From: Candidatus Eiseniibacteriota bacterium
Lineage (GTDB): Bacteria > Eisenbacteria > RBG-16-71-46
Direction: 5' to 3'
DNA: 58,366 nt
Assembly (NCBI GenBank): GCA_038231135.1
Contig: JBBRLX010000029.1
Coordinates: 1 to 58,366, forward strand
Each line of letters opens with the position of its first letter. Within the stretch, counting starts at the first letter, position 1. Made by a program: the position numbers and the translations under genes. Under the pieces are notes generated by a model. That model was not told the origin of the DNA. It ran no database searches and worked only from the letters and a program-made list of their open reading frames with translations. This document shows positions 1 through 11,949 of the stretch, in pieces.

Positions 1-84
1 GCGGTTCGTCGTGTCTCCTCGTCGTGCGGCTTCGACCAGACCCAGCCGCCGGGCATCCCGTAGTCCCATGAGTGTGTCGTCCAT

Positions 85-133
85 GGGGGTGACACTCTCA
101 CTGCGGAGTTAGGGGGTGACAGAATCACTGCGG
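85..133. repeat. 22-bp direct repeat pair, each containing GTGA-N5-TCAC (candidate tandem operator or REP-like)
   Basis: gggggtgacactctcactgcgg (85-106) and gggggtgacagaatcactgcgg (112-133), 19/22 identical, just upstream of a promoter. Confidence 0.7.
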
Positions 134-157
134 GGGCACACTCGTGTCGCATTCGCG

Positions 158-186
158 TTGACGCGTTTCGGGCCCGCTGTTAGCGT
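158..186 (+). promoter_or_regulatory. sigma70-type promoter for the membrane-protein operon
   Basis: TTGACG-17 bp-TAGCGT. Confidence 0.55.
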
Positions 187-268
187 GCGGCGTTCGTCGT
201 CGTCCGCAGCATCAAGGGCGGTCGCGGCGATCGACAGGCGCAGCCCTCGATCGGGCAACGGGGAGTTC

Positions 269-1510
269 ATGGCCAAACCGCGACGCGCGCCGGCCTGCAG
301 CACTGGTCCGGCAGCAGTCCCAGGCATCGCAGTCGTATTCGGCGTCCTTGCCTGCATGCTGCTCGTCGCACCCGGCGCCGCGCGATCCGCCCCCGCTCCC
401 GACTCGGCCGCCGGCATGGCGCGCGTCGCGCCGCAGCCGCCCGCGGGCCTCACCGGCGACGACGAACCGAACGACGCGGGCCGGGCACTCGACCTCAAGT
501 GGCAGCTGTCGCCGGACGACAGCCTCGGCCACCACAAGGTGCTCCAGTACTACATCGAGCGCGCGACCGATCCCGCCGGACCGTGGACGATCGTGGATTC
601 CGTGCTGGCCCGCACCATGGCGTACGTCGATCAGTCGGTGCGGCGCAACACCGACTATTTCTATCGTGTCAGCGCGGTGGGTCCGGGCGGCATCACGCCG
701 GCGCGCAGCGTGACCGGTCCGCTGCGCGCCACCTCGTCATGGTTCAACGACCGCCGCTACAGCGTGCTGGTGGGTTCGATCCTGTTCTTCGGGTTCGTGC
801 TGTTCTTCATGTCGATCGCCCAGTCCGGCCGCAAGCCGTTCGTGCGGCGCATCCCCGGCATCGACGCGATCGAGGAGGCGATCGGCCGCGCCACCGAGAT
901 GGGCCGGTCGGTGCTGTACATCCCGGGCATCCTCGACATCGACGACATCCAGACCGTGGCGGGGCTCGTGATCCTCGAGAACGTGGCGAAGATCACTGCC
1001 CGCTACGAGACGCCGATCACCGTTCCCGTGTCGTACCCGATTCCGTTTACGATCGCCGAGGAGATGGTGAAGGCGGGCTACCTCAACGCCGGCAAACCCG
1101 AACTGTACGATCCCAACGCGGTGCGGTTCATCTCGCCCGAGCAGTTCGCGTACGTCGCGGCGGTGACCGGCATCATGCTGCGCGACCGGCCCGCGGCCCA
1201 CATCTTCATGGGTGCGTTCTACGCCGAGTCGCTGCTGCTGGCCGAGACCGGGTTCGAGACCGGCGCGATCCAGGTCGCCGGGACCGCGAACGTGGCGCAG
1301 TTGCCGTTCTTCGTCGTGGCGTGCGACTACACGCTGATCGGCGAGGAGCTGTTCGCGGCCAGCGCCTACCTGTCGGGCGACCCCAAACTCGTCGGCGGCC
1401 TCAAGGGCGCCGACCTCATGAAGGTCCTGATCATCTCCGCGGTGCTGATCGGCTGCGTGCTCGAAACGCTCGGCATCCACGGCTTCACGCGGTGGATGGA
1501 AACCCAGTAG
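269..1510 (+). CDS. FN3-like domain + DUF6754-like membrane protein
   Basis: Signal-like N-terminus; FN3-type segment (LDLKWQ...YYIER...YFYRVSAVG); TM helix; RRIPGIDAIEEAIGRATEMG...DYTLIGEELFAASAYL domain recalled as DUF6754. ATG 269 follows GGGAG. Confidence 0.75.
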   Translation: MAKPRRAPACSTGPAAVPGIAVVFGVLACMLLVAPGAARSAPAPDSAAGMARVAPQPPAGLTGDDEPNDAGRALDLKWQLSPDDSLGHHKVLQYYIERATDPAGPWTIVDSVLARTMAYVDQSVRRNTDYFYRVSAVGPGGITPARSVTGPLRATSSWFNDRRYSVLVGSILFFGFVLFFMSIAQSGRKPFVRRIPGIDAIEEAIGRATEMGRSVLYIPGILDIDDIQTVAGLVILENVAKITARYETPITVPVSYPIPFTIAEEMVKAGYLNAGKPELYDPNAVRFISPEQFAYVAAVTGIMLRDRPAAHIFMGAFYAESLLLAETGFETGAIQVAGTANVAQLPFFVVACDYTLIGEELFAASAYLSGDPKLVGGLKGADLMKVLIISAVLIGCVLETLGIHGFTRWMETQ

Positions 1511-1522
1511 GAGGCCGGCCGG

Positions 1523-2185
1523 ATGAAGCGTGAACTGCCGCTGCTCATGACCGCCCTGATCGGGCTGTTCATGATCCTGTCGTTCTTCATTCCGCATCCG
1601 TGGGTCAGCGTCCCCGCGGATTTCCTGCAGTCGACCGCGATCGTGCTGGTCGCGTTCGGCTACGTGCTCGGCGGGGCGAACGTGCTGCGCATCAATCTCG
1701 ACGCGGTCTACCGCCGCAGCCCCGACTGGCTGTTCAAGCTGCTGCTGGTGGTGGCGCTGCTGGTCACGGTCATCGTCGGCGTCATCGACGGCGCCCGCAA
1801 CCACGGCGGGTTCCTGAACCAGGGCACGAACTCCAAGTGGCTGTACGACGAGATCTATTCGCCGATGGCGTCCACGCTGTTCGCGCTGCTGGCGTTCTAC
1901 ATCGCGTCCGCGGCGTTCCGGGCGTTCCGCATCCGCACCGTGGAGGCCGGCCTGCTGGCGGTGGCCGCGGTGATCGTGATGCTGGGCCGGGTGCCGATCG
2001 GCGACCGGTTCACGGCGTTCCTGCCGGAGCCGCTGCACCTGGGCACCATGCAGCAATGGATCATGGACGTGCCGCAGAACGCGGCCAAGCGCGCGATCCT
2101 GATCGGCGCGGCGCTCGGCGTGATGGCCACCGGCCTGCGCGTGATCCTCGGCATCGAACGGTCCTATCTGGGCGGGGAGGATTGA
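1523..2185 (+). CDS. uncharacterised polytopic membrane protein
   Basis: GGAGG RBS; about 6 hydrophobic segments; YIASAAFRAFR and RAILIGAALG motifs. Confidence 0.8.
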   Translation: MKRELPLLMTALIGLFMILSFFIPHPWVSVPADFLQSTAIVLVAFGYVLGGANVLRINLDAVYRRSPDWLFKLLLVVALLVTVIVGVIDGARNHGGFLNQGTNSKWLYDEIYSPMASTLFALLAFYIASAAFRAFRIRTVEAGLLAVAAVIVMLGRVPIGDRFTAFLPEPLHLGTMQQWIMDVPQNAAKRAILIGAALGVMATGLRVILGIERSYLGGED

Positions 2186-2189
2186 TCGC

Positions 2190-3011
2190 GTGACGTGGCT
2201 CGAACGGCTCGACCGCCGCTGGATTTTCCTCGTGATGGGACTGCTGGTGCTGGGCCCGTTGCTCAAGCCGCTGTACCTGCCGCTGACGGTCACGAAGCAC
2301 GTGCTGAACTTCCGCGACGCCATCGACCGGGTGCCGAATGGCTCCACGATCCTCATGTCGTGCGACTACGACCCCGGCTCGATCCCCGAGATGGTGCCGA
2401 TGACGCGCACCGCGATGCGCCACCTGCTGTCGAAGAACTGCAAGGTGGTGATCACCGTGCTGTGGCCCGCGGGGCCGGGGCTGGTGGACAGCGTGACCCG
2501 GCGGGTGGCGGCCGAGTTTCCCGGCAAGCGCTACGGCGTGGACTGGATCAACCTCGGCTACAAGGCCGGCAACGAGGCGGTGATGGTGGTGATGGGGCAG
2601 GGGATCGCCAACGCGTTCCCGCGCGACTATACCGGCGCCGAGACCCGCAGCTTCCCGATCATGCACAACGTGCGCGACTACACGAGCTTCCCGCTGCTGG
2701 TGAACATCTCGGCCGGCTATCCCGGCACCAAGGAATGGGTGCAGCAGGTGCAGGCCCGGTTCCACCTGCCGATGGTATCGGGCTGCACCGCGGTGAGCGC
2801 GCCCGAATACTATCCGTACCTCCAGTCGGGGCAGCTGCTCGGACTGCTCGGCGGCATGGCCGGCGCCGCGGAATACGAGAAGTCGCGCGGCGAGCAGGGC
2901 ACGGCCACCAAGGGCATGGACGCCCAGTCGCTCGGCCACGTGTTCGTCGCCCTGTGCATCGTGCTCGGCAACCTGGCGCGGCGCGCCCGCCCGGGCGAGG
3001 AGCCCCGGTGA
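2190..3011 (+). CDS. uncharacterised membrane-anchored alpha/beta-domain protein
   Basis: N- and C-terminal TM segments flanking a soluble domain (YGVDWINLGY, YPYLQSGQLLGLLGGMAGAAEYE). Confidence 0.8.
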   Translation: MTWLERLDRRWIFLVMGLLVLGPLLKPLYLPLTVTKHVLNFRDAIDRVPNGSTILMSCDYDPGSIPEMVPMTRTAMRHLLSKNCKVVITVLWPAGPGLVDSVTRRVAAEFPGKRYGVDWINLGYKAGNEAVMVVMGQGIANAFPRDYTGAETRSFPIMHNVRDYTSFPLLVNISAGYPGTKEWVQQVQARFHLPMVSGCTAVSAPEYYPYLQSGQLLGLLGGMAGAAEYEKSRGEQGTATKGMDAQSLGHVFVALCIVLGNLARRARPGEEPR

Positions 3012-3697
3012 CCCCGCATCTGACGATGGACTTCGGCACCTGGGTCGCGGCGTTCCTGACGTTGTGCGCGTTCAGCTTCCTCTACCGCGACAATCCGTTC
3101 TACAAGCTCGCCGAGCACCTGTTCGTGGGGGTGTCGGCGGGCTATTACATCGTGCTCAACTACTGGACCGTGATCTGGCCGAACCTGCTGCAGCCGCTGG
3201 GCAAGGCGCTGCACGGCCAGGGCGTCGACGCGACGCGGACCGGCATGTTCGCGGCCGAGCTCGGCGACTATCGCGGGTGGCTGCTACTGCCGGGCGTGCT
3301 CGGCCTGCTGCTGTTCACGCGGCTGTTCGGCAAGATCGGCTGGCTGTCGCGGTGGCCGCTGGCGGTGATCATCGGCGTCTATGCCGGCATCAAGACCACC
3401 GGGTTCGCGCAGGGCGACTTCGTGGCGCAGGTGCAGGCCAGCCTGCAGCCGCTGCTGCTGCCGTCGCCGTGGCTCACGTTCAGCGCGATCGTGTTCCTGG
3501 TCGGGCTCGTGACGTCGCTGCTGTTCTTCTTCTTCAGCCGCGAGCACAAGGGCGCGCTCGCCGTCGCGTCGCGCACCGGCATGTACTTCCTGATGATCGG
3601 TTTCGGGGCGGGTTACGGGTTCACGGTGATGTCCCGCATCTCGCTGCTCATCGGACGGTTCCAGTTTCTGCTCGAGAACTGGCTCGGGCTGCGCTGA
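3008..3697 (+). CDS. uncharacterised polytopic membrane protein
   Basis: GTG start overlapping the previous TGA (GTGA); SFLYRDNPFYKLAEHLFVGVSAGY motif; several TM helices. Confidence 0.8.
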   Translation: MTPHLTMDFGTWVAAFLTLCAFSFLYRDNPFYKLAEHLFVGVSAGYYIVLNYWTVIWPNLLQPLGKALHGQGVDATRTGMFAAELGDYRGWLLLPGVLGLLLFTRLFGKIGWLSRWPLAVIIGVYAGIKTTGFAQGDFVAQVQASLQPLLLPSPWLTFSAIVFLVGLVTSLLFFFFSREHKGALAVASRTGMYFLMIGFGAGYGFTVMSRISLLIGRFQFLLENWLGLR

Positions 3698-3788
3698 TTC
3701 CCGTGCGCGCCGCGCACTGCGCGCGCCTCACGCGCCCGGTGACCGGCCGCGCGTGCCGCCGCCCTTGCGGGCCCCGCGGGCTCCGCCG

Positions 3789-4631
3789 ATGATCCTGCGC
3801 TGCGACGCCGCGGCAACTCCCGCGGAGCAGATGGCGCGCGACGCCGCGTGGCTCGCGGCCGCCGGCGACGATCCGGCGTTCGAACCCGTGCTGCGCGTCT
3901 ACCGGTTCGTGCCGCAAGGCATCACGCTCGGCTACTCGCAGCGCCCGGAGCGCGAGCTCGACCTCGCGCGCTGTGCCGCGGACGGCGTGCCGTGGGCGGT
4001 GCGTCCCACCGGCGGCCGCGCGATCTTCCATGCCGAGGAATGGACCTATGCGCTGGCGGCGCGCCTCGACGATCCCGACTGGGGCGGCAGCTTGTCGCGC
4101 GCCTACGGCGCGATCTCCATGCTGCTCGTCGCGGCGCTGCGCCGGCTGGGCGTGCCCGCCCTGCAGGCGCCGCGCGTGCGCCGCGGCGCGGTGGGCGCCG
4201 CCCGGTCCGGCGATGCCGGCGTTGCGGCGCCGTGCTTCGCGTCCACGTCGCGCCACGAAATCGTCGCCGGCGGCCGGAAGCTCGTCGGCAGCGCCCAGCG
4301 CCGCACCCAGAGCGCCCTGCTGCAGCAGGGCAGCGTGCTGCTGGGGCCGGGGCACGCGCGGCTCGCCGACTACCTGGCCGTCGCTCCCGAGCACCGCGCA
4401 GTGGAACGGGCACGGCTGTCCGGTGACGTCGCCGACACGCGCCCCTGGCTCGGGACGGACCCGCCGCTCGCGCGGTGGGCCGAGGCGCTGGCCTCGGTGC
4501 TGGGCTCGAGCGTGCGGAGCGAGTTCGATGCCACGGGTGGCGCGGGATTGACCGGCCGCGAACGTGGATCCTATGGTCTCGATGCACCGCCGCCGGGAAC
4601 CGGTGGCCGAGGAGCCCGATGCGCACACTGA
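3789..4631 (+). CDS. lipoate-protein ligase family (LplA/LipM-like octanoyltransferase)
   Basis: ITLGYSQ, RPTGGRAIFH, PCF and RKLVGSAQRR motifs of the BPL/LplA/LipB family. Confidence 0.85.
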   Translation: MILRCDAAATPAEQMARDAAWLAAAGDDPAFEPVLRVYRFVPQGITLGYSQRPERELDLARCAADGVPWAVRPTGGRAIFHAEEWTYALAARLDDPDWGGSLSRAYGAISMLLVAALRRLGVPALQAPRVRRGAVGAARSGDAGVAAPCFASTSRHEIVAGGRKLVGSAQRRTQSALLQQGSVLLGPGHARLADYLAVAPEHRAVERARLSGDVADTRPWLGTDPPLARWAEALASVLGSSVRSEFDATGGAGLTGRERGSYGLDAPPPGTGGRGARCAH

Positions 4632-6433
4632 CAGGAACCATGGCTGTGCTGGGCCTGACGCTCGCGCTGTGCGGCTGCGGGCGCGGACCCGCTGCCGGCA
4701 CGGCCGCGTGGCACGACGACCATGCGCTGCCCGCCGACACGCTGACGCTGCCCACCGCCGAGTTTGGCACCCACGGCGGCCGGTTCGTATTCGGCACCAC
4801 GGCAGGGCCGCGCACGTTCAACGTGCTGATGGCGAGCGAGCAATCGTCGAGCGACATCGACCAGCGGCTGTTCGCCGGCCTGGCCGACTTCGACAACGAG
4901 ACCCAGCAGAACTATCCGGTGCTCGCGAAGTCGTGGGAGACGAGCCCCGATGGCCTCACGTGGACGTGGCACCTGCGCCGCGGCGCCCGGTTCTCGGACG
5001 GCCACCCGATCACCTCGGCCGACGTGCTGTTCATGTTTCAGCTCGTCTACGACGGCATGCTGCATCCGTCGCTGCAGGATTTGCTGATGGCGGGCGGCAA
5101 GCCGTTCGAGGTGTCGGCGCCGGATTCGTACACGGTGGTGACGAAACTGGCCGCCCCGCATGCGGTCGTGGTGGCCGCGATCGGCGCGCTGCGCATCATG
5201 CCGAAGCACATCCTCGAGCCGATCTACCGGCGCGGGGGGTTCGCCGCCGCCTATGGCGTCGGCACGGCGCCCGAGAGCCTCGTCACCAGCGGCCCGTTTG
5301 TGCTCAAGCAATACGTGCCGGGTGAGAAGGTGGTGCTCGGCCGCAACCCGTGGTGGATCGGCGTGGATGCGCGCGGCCAGCGGCTGCCATACCTGGACGA
5401 GCTGGTGTACACGATCGTGCCCGACCAGAACACCGCGGCGATCAAGTTCCAGGCGGGCGAGCTGGATGCGATCGACAACGTGAAGCCCGAGGACTACCAC
5501 ACGTATGTCGAGGGCGCCGGCCGCGGCGGCTACACGCTGCACGATCTCGGCCCCTCGCTGACCGCCAGCTTCATGTGGTTCAACCTGAATCGCACGAAGG
5601 ACGCGAAGCCCGGGCACCCGGCCGGGGAGCCGGTCGTGGGCCCGGTCGAGTACCGGTGGTTTTCGAATCGCGCGTTCCGCCGCGCGGTGTCCAAGGCGAT
5701 CGACCGTGACGCGCTGATCCGCGGCCCGTTCTACGGCCAGGGCTTCAAGAACTGGTCCGCGCCCACGCTCGGCAGCCGGCAGTGGGGCGCCCTGGGCGTG
5801 ACGGGCTACGACTACGATCCCGCCGGTGCGAAGGCGCTGCTCGACAGCCTGGGGTGGAAGGACACGAACGGGGACGGCATCCGCGAGGACGATCGCGGCC
5901 AGTCGCTGCGGTTCACGATCAAGACCAACGCGGACAACGCGACGCGCATCCAGATGCTGGCGCTGATCAAGGACGATCTGGCGCGTGCCGGGATCGCGTG
6001 CACGCCGGTGCCCGTCGATTTCAACACGCTGACCACGAACATGCGCCAGGACTTGCAGTACGACGCGATCCTGGCCGGGCTCGGCAGCGCGGTGCCGCCC
6101 GACCCCGCGATGTACGCGAATTTCGTGACCTCGCACGGCGGCACGCACTACTGGAACGTGAAGCAGGACCACCCGGCGACGCCCGCCGAGGCGGAACTCG
6201 ACCGGTTGTACCGGGAGGTGGCGGGCACGTCGGACATGACGCGGCGGCTGCCGGCATGGAAGCGGATCGTGGAGCTGATCAACGACGAATGCTTCGTGAT
6301 CTGGCTGCCGACCCAGAAGATCATGCTGCCGGTGCGGAACAGGTTCGGCAACGTTCATCCCACGGCGGTGCCGCACCGCGTGCTGTGGAACATCGACCGC
6401 GTGTTCGTGAAGCCGAGCACCGCCCGTTCCTGA
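4619..6433 (+). CDS. peptide ABC transporter substrate-binding lipoprotein (family 5)
   Basis: Lipobox LCGC; LAKSWETSPDGLTWTWHLRRGARFSDGHPITSADV signature; SGPFVL. Confidence 0.92.
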   Translation: MRTLTGTMAVLGLTLALCGCGRGPAAGTAAWHDDHALPADTLTLPTAEFGTHGGRFVFGTTAGPRTFNVLMASEQSSSDIDQRLFAGLADFDNETQQNYPVLAKSWETSPDGLTWTWHLRRGARFSDGHPITSADVLFMFQLVYDGMLHPSLQDLLMAGGKPFEVSAPDSYTVVTKLAAPHAVVVAAIGALRIMPKHILEPIYRRGGFAAAYGVGTAPESLVTSGPFVLKQYVPGEKVVLGRNPWWIGVDARGQRLPYLDELVYTIVPDQNTAAIKFQAGELDAIDNVKPEDYHTYVEGAGRGGYTLHDLGPSLTASFMWFNLNRTKDAKPGHPAGEPVVGPVEYRWFSNRAFRRAVSKAIDRDALIRGPFYGQGFKNWSAPTLGSRQWGALGVTGYDYDPAGAKALLDSLGWKDTNGDGIREDDRGQSLRFTIKTNADNATRIQMLALIKDDLARAGIACTPVPVDFNTLTTNMRQDLQYDAILAGLGSAVPPDPAMYANFVTSHGGTHYWNVKQDHPATPAEAELDRLYREVAGTSDMTRRLPAWKRIVELINDECFVIWLPTQKIMLPVRNRFGNVHPTAVPHRVLWNIDRVFVKPSTARS

Positions 6434-6443
6434 CGCGCGGCCG

Positions 6444-7412
6444 ATGGCCACCTATCTCGCGCGGCGGCTGCTCCAGACCCTGCCGCTGCTGCTCGGCGTC
6501 TCGGCGGTCACGTTCCTGCTGCTCCACCTGGCACCGGGCGACTTCCTCGCCACCATGGCGGAGAATCCCCAGATCTCGCAGGGCACGCTCGACGCCATGC
6601 GGCATCGGTTCGGCCTCGATCAGCCGTGGTGGGTGCAGTACGGCCTGTATCTCAGGAACGTGTTCCTGAGGTTCGATTTCGGCGAGTCGTTCTCGCGCCA
6701 CCAGCCGGTGTTCGTGGTGCTGCGCGAGGGTGTGCTCAACACGCTGCTGCTCGCGGCGGCGGCGGCCGTCGTCACCTGGGGGCTCGCGATTCCGCTGGGG
6801 GTGCTGGCGGCGGCGCGGCAGCATCGCTGGACCGACCGCGTGCTGTCGGTGGTCGGGTTCGTCGGGCTGTCCGTTCCCGAGGTGCTGTCGGGGCTGCTGC
6901 TGCTGCTGCTCGCCGCCCGCACCGGCTGGTTTCCGATCGGCGGCATGCACGGGCTCGACTACGAGCAGCTCCCGCCGTGGGGCCGGGTGGCCGACGTGCT
7001 GCGGCATCTCGCGCTGCCGGCGCTGGTGGTGGGCACGGTGCCGCTGGCCGCGCGCATGCGCCAGATGCGCGCCAGCCTGCTCGACGTGCTGCGGCTCGAC
7101 TACGTCACGACCGCCCGCGCCAAGGGGCTCGACGAGCGGCAGGTGGTGATCGGCCACGCGCTGCGCAACGCGCTGAATCCGCTGATCACGCTGTTCGGCT
7201 TCACGCTCGGCTCGCTGCTGTCGGGCTCGCTGGTGGCGGAGGTGATCTTCTCGTGGCCCGGCCTCGGCCGCATCACCATGGATGCGATCCGGTCGCAGGA
7301 CCTGTACCTGGTGATGGGCTCGGTGCTCATGGCCTCGGTGGTGCTCGTGATCGGGAACCTGGTCGCGGACGTGCTGCTCGCGGTTGCCGATCCCAGGATC
7401 CGTCATGACTGA
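6444..7412 (+). CDS. peptide ABC transporter permease (OppB/DppB-like)
   Basis: FGLDQPWWVQY, DYVTTARAKGL EAA loop, FSWPGLG, DPRIR. Confidence 0.93.
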   Translation: MATYLARRLLQTLPLLLGVSAVTFLLLHLAPGDFLATMAENPQISQGTLDAMRHRFGLDQPWWVQYGLYLRNVFLRFDFGESFSRHQPVFVVLREGVLNTLLLAAAAAVVTWGLAIPLGVLAAARQHRWTDRVLSVVGFVGLSVPEVLSGLLLLLLAARTGWFPIGGMHGLDYEQLPPWGRVADVLRHLALPALVVGTVPLAARMRQMRASLLDVLRLDYVTTARAKGLDERQVVIGHALRNALNPLITLFGFTLGSLLSGSLVAEVIFSWPGLGRITMDAIRSQDLYLVMGSVLMASVVLVIGNLVADVLLAVADPRIRHD

Positions 7413-8499
7413 GCGCGCGGCGTTCGAGTCACCCGGGCGCCGGTTCCGGCGGCAGCTGGGGAGCAATCCGCCGGCGGTCCTGGGCGGCGTGATGCTCGCG
7501 CTGTTCTACCTCGCGGCGCTGCTGGCGCCGTTCCTCGCGCCCTACGCACAGGACGACATCGACCGCCAGCGGTTCTATCATCCGCCGCACCCGCTCCACC
7601 TGTTCGACGCCGCCGGCCGGTTCCGGGCGCTCCACGTGCACGGTACGCGGCTCGCTGATCCCTCGACGTTCGACTACGTCGAGGACGCGCGCGTGGTGCC
7701 GGTGCGGTGGTTCGTCCACGGCGCGCGCTACCGCTGGCTGGGGCTCGTGCCATCGGACCGCCACCTCTACGGCGTCGACGCGCCGGACCGCATCTACCTC
7801 GCGGGCGCGGACCCGAGCGGTCGCGACATGGTGTCGCGGCTGCTGTTCGGATCCCAGGTGTCGCTCACGGTCGGCGTCGTCGGCATCGCGATCTCGTTCA
7901 CGCTCGGCCTGCTGCTGGGCGGCCTGTCGGGCTACGCGGGCGGCTGGGTCGATGCTGTGATCATGCGCCTCACCGAGCTGCTGCTGACGATCCCGGGGCT
8001 GTACCTGATCATCGCGCTGCGCTCGGTGTTCCCGGCCGAGCTGCCGAGCGCCCAGGTATACCTCGCGATCGTCGCGATCCTCGCGCTGATCGGCTGGGCC
8101 GGGCTCGCGCGGGTGATCCGCGGCATGGTGCTCGCGATCCGGCGGTCGGACTACGTGATCGCGGCCGAGGCGCTGGGCATGGGCCGGTGGCGGGTGATCG
8201 TGCGCCACATCCTGCCGAACACGCTGTCGTTCGTGATCGTGGCGGCAACGCTCGCCGTTCCCGGGTATATTCTGGGGGAGGTGTTCCTGTCGTTCCTCGG
8301 TGTCGGGGTGCAGGAGCCGAGCGCGTCCTGGGGCAACATGCTGAACCAGGCCCGCAGCCTGGGCGCGCTGCGCTCGTGCCCGTGGCTGCTGTTCGTGCCG
8401 GGCACGGCGATCTTCCTCACCGTCATGGCGTTCAATCTGTTGGGCGATGGATTGCGCGACGCTCTGGATCCGCGGAGCGCGCAGGGAGGCGGCGCATGA
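7405..8499 (+). CDS. peptide ABC transporter permease (OppC/DppC-like)
   Basis: [41 protein letters not shown]. Confidence 0.93.
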   Translation: MTERAAFESPGRRFRRQLGSNPPAVLGGVMLALFYLAALLAPFLAPYAQDDIDRQRFYHPPHPLHLFDAAGRFRALHVHGTRLADPSTFDYVEDARVVPVRWFVHGARYRWLGLVPSDRHLYGVDAPDRIYLAGADPSGRDMVSRLLFGSQVSLTVGVVGIAISFTLGLLLGGLSGYAGGWVDAVIMRLTELLLTIPGLYLIIALRSVFPAELPSAQVYLAIVAILALIGWAGLARVIRGMVLAIRRSDYVIAAEALGMGRWRVIVRHILPNTLSFVIVAATLAVPGYILGEVFLSFLGVGVQEPSASWGNMLNQARSLGALRSCPWLLFVPGTAIFLTVMAFNLLGDGLRDALDPRSAQGGGA

Positions 8500-8551
8500 T
8501 CGAAGTCCCAGGCATGCCGGGCACGTCGCGCCGCGCGAGCGGGTTTCGCCC

Positions 8552-10654
<2,103 letters not shown>

Positions 10655-10668
<14 letters not shown>

Positions 10669-10782
10669 GGATCGCCGATTGCTGCGGCGGCCGCGTCGCT
10701 CCTCGCTTCGGAGTATCTGACGACACGCCTGCGCTCGTCGCTCCTTGCCGCCTTGCACTCGACGATCCTCGGCCGCCGGCGC
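10655..10782. repeat. hairpin repeat element, copy 1 (MITE/REP-like)
   Basis: 20-bp terminal inverted repeat with 1 mismatch (10655-10674 / 10763-10782); core 10735-10761 matches 26720-26746 at 26/27. Confidence 0.75.
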
Positions 10783-11534
10783 TGGACGAGCGCAGGGAAC
10801 ACCTCGTAGCCCGTCACGGCTCCTGTTTCTCGTGTCAGTGGCGGCGTTGCAAAACCCCCGATGCGTTGGCTCGCCTTTGCGGCATTCGGGAACACGGCAT
10901 TTTCCCCACTGGGATCCTGCGTTTCGCGTGAGCGCACCCACATGAGGGTCGCGGCCACGAAGCGTGCCGCGGTGGCGCGTTCGGCGGAGCCCCCGCTAAG
11001 CCTCGTCCATCCCGAGGCTTGACTCCCGGCGCGGCCGCGCTTCCGGGCTACCTCCGACGGCGGCACCGGGATTGCGAATGCATGTCATTGCACCGCGACG
11101 CGACACCGCGGCGGCACGCGAGCTCCGGCGCAACCGGGGCGCGTGATCCTCCCCAAAATTGAATACGACGTGTTCCCTGTGCGACTCGTGATTGACTGGG
11201 CGTGGGCTGATCCCCTATCGCGAGCGAAGGAGTCTTACGGACCAGCGCACGGTCGAGGCGGGGAACCATATTGACGGGCCCTTTGGCTAGCGGATCCTGC
11301 TCCAGCGCCAGACACCTCCGCCGCGAAACCGGGGGCCCATGACCAGGCAGTACGAACATTCCACGGCGCCGTGGCCCGTTCGGACGGGTTTCGCGGCGCC
11401 GTTGGCGTTTGCCCCGATCGCGCGCCCCGCGCGGCGGGCGCGGCCACGATGATCCCGCGGTGGCGCGCCATCCGCGGCCGCCCACGCGCTCTCCGCGCTC
11501 CCGGCCACGAACCGAATCCCGGCGCCGCCCACCG

Positions 11535-11563
11535 TTGACCGGGTCGTCCCCGCCCTGTTAACT
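11535..11563 (+). promoter_or_regulatory. candidate sigma70 promoter of the BMC operon
   Basis: TTGACC-17 bp-TTAACT about 60 bp upstream of the first BMC gene. Confidence 0.45.
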
Positions 11564-11625
11564 TGCGGAATCGCACGTCGGTGTAAGGCTCACGCTCGTT
11601 TTCCTGGGAAAGACGGTCGAACGCG

Positions 11626-11937
11626 GTGTCCAAGCAGGCGCTGGGACTGATCGAGACCCACGGATTCGTCGGCGCTGTCGAAGCCGCGGACGCGATGTGC
11701 AAGACCGCGCGCGTCACGCTCGTTCGTTACGAGCGGATTTCCGGCGCCCTGGTGACGGTGACGGTGCGCGGCGACGTGGGTTCGGTGTACGCCGCGGTCG
11801 ACGCGGGCGCGGCGGCCGCGGCGCGCGTGGGCGCAATGGTGGCGCGGCACGTAATTCCCGCTCCCGACGAGCAGCTCGAACACACCCTCGCCGGTTCCGG
11901 GGGCGACGATGGCCCCGAAGCAACGATTCCCTCATGA
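11626..11937 (+). CDS. BMC shell hexamer protein (BMC-H), divergent
   Basis: ALGLIET.G..AVEAADAMCK...RGDVGSV.AAVDAG...HVIP (single BMC domain). Confidence 0.92.
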   Translation: MSKQALGLIETHGFVGAVEAADAMCKTARVTLVRYERISGALVTVTVRGDVGSVYAAVDAGAAAAARVGAMVARHVIPAPDEQLEHTLAGSGGDDGPEATIPS

Positions 11938-11949
11938 AGGAGCCTTGGC

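Noticed and set aside
85..133. CRISPR array (also considered for 58231-58288)
   Set aside because: Only two units, spacers far too short, no cas genes
10840..10860. ggcggcgttgcaaaaccccc as an IS terminal repeat
   Set aside because: No partner inverted repeat or transposase found in the window
10783..11625. Cobalamin riboswitch or 6S RNA ahead of the BMC operon
   Set aside because: Only fragments (ccactggg, gccagacacct) resemble B12-element motifs, and they lack the right context; no 6S consensus could be confirmed by eye
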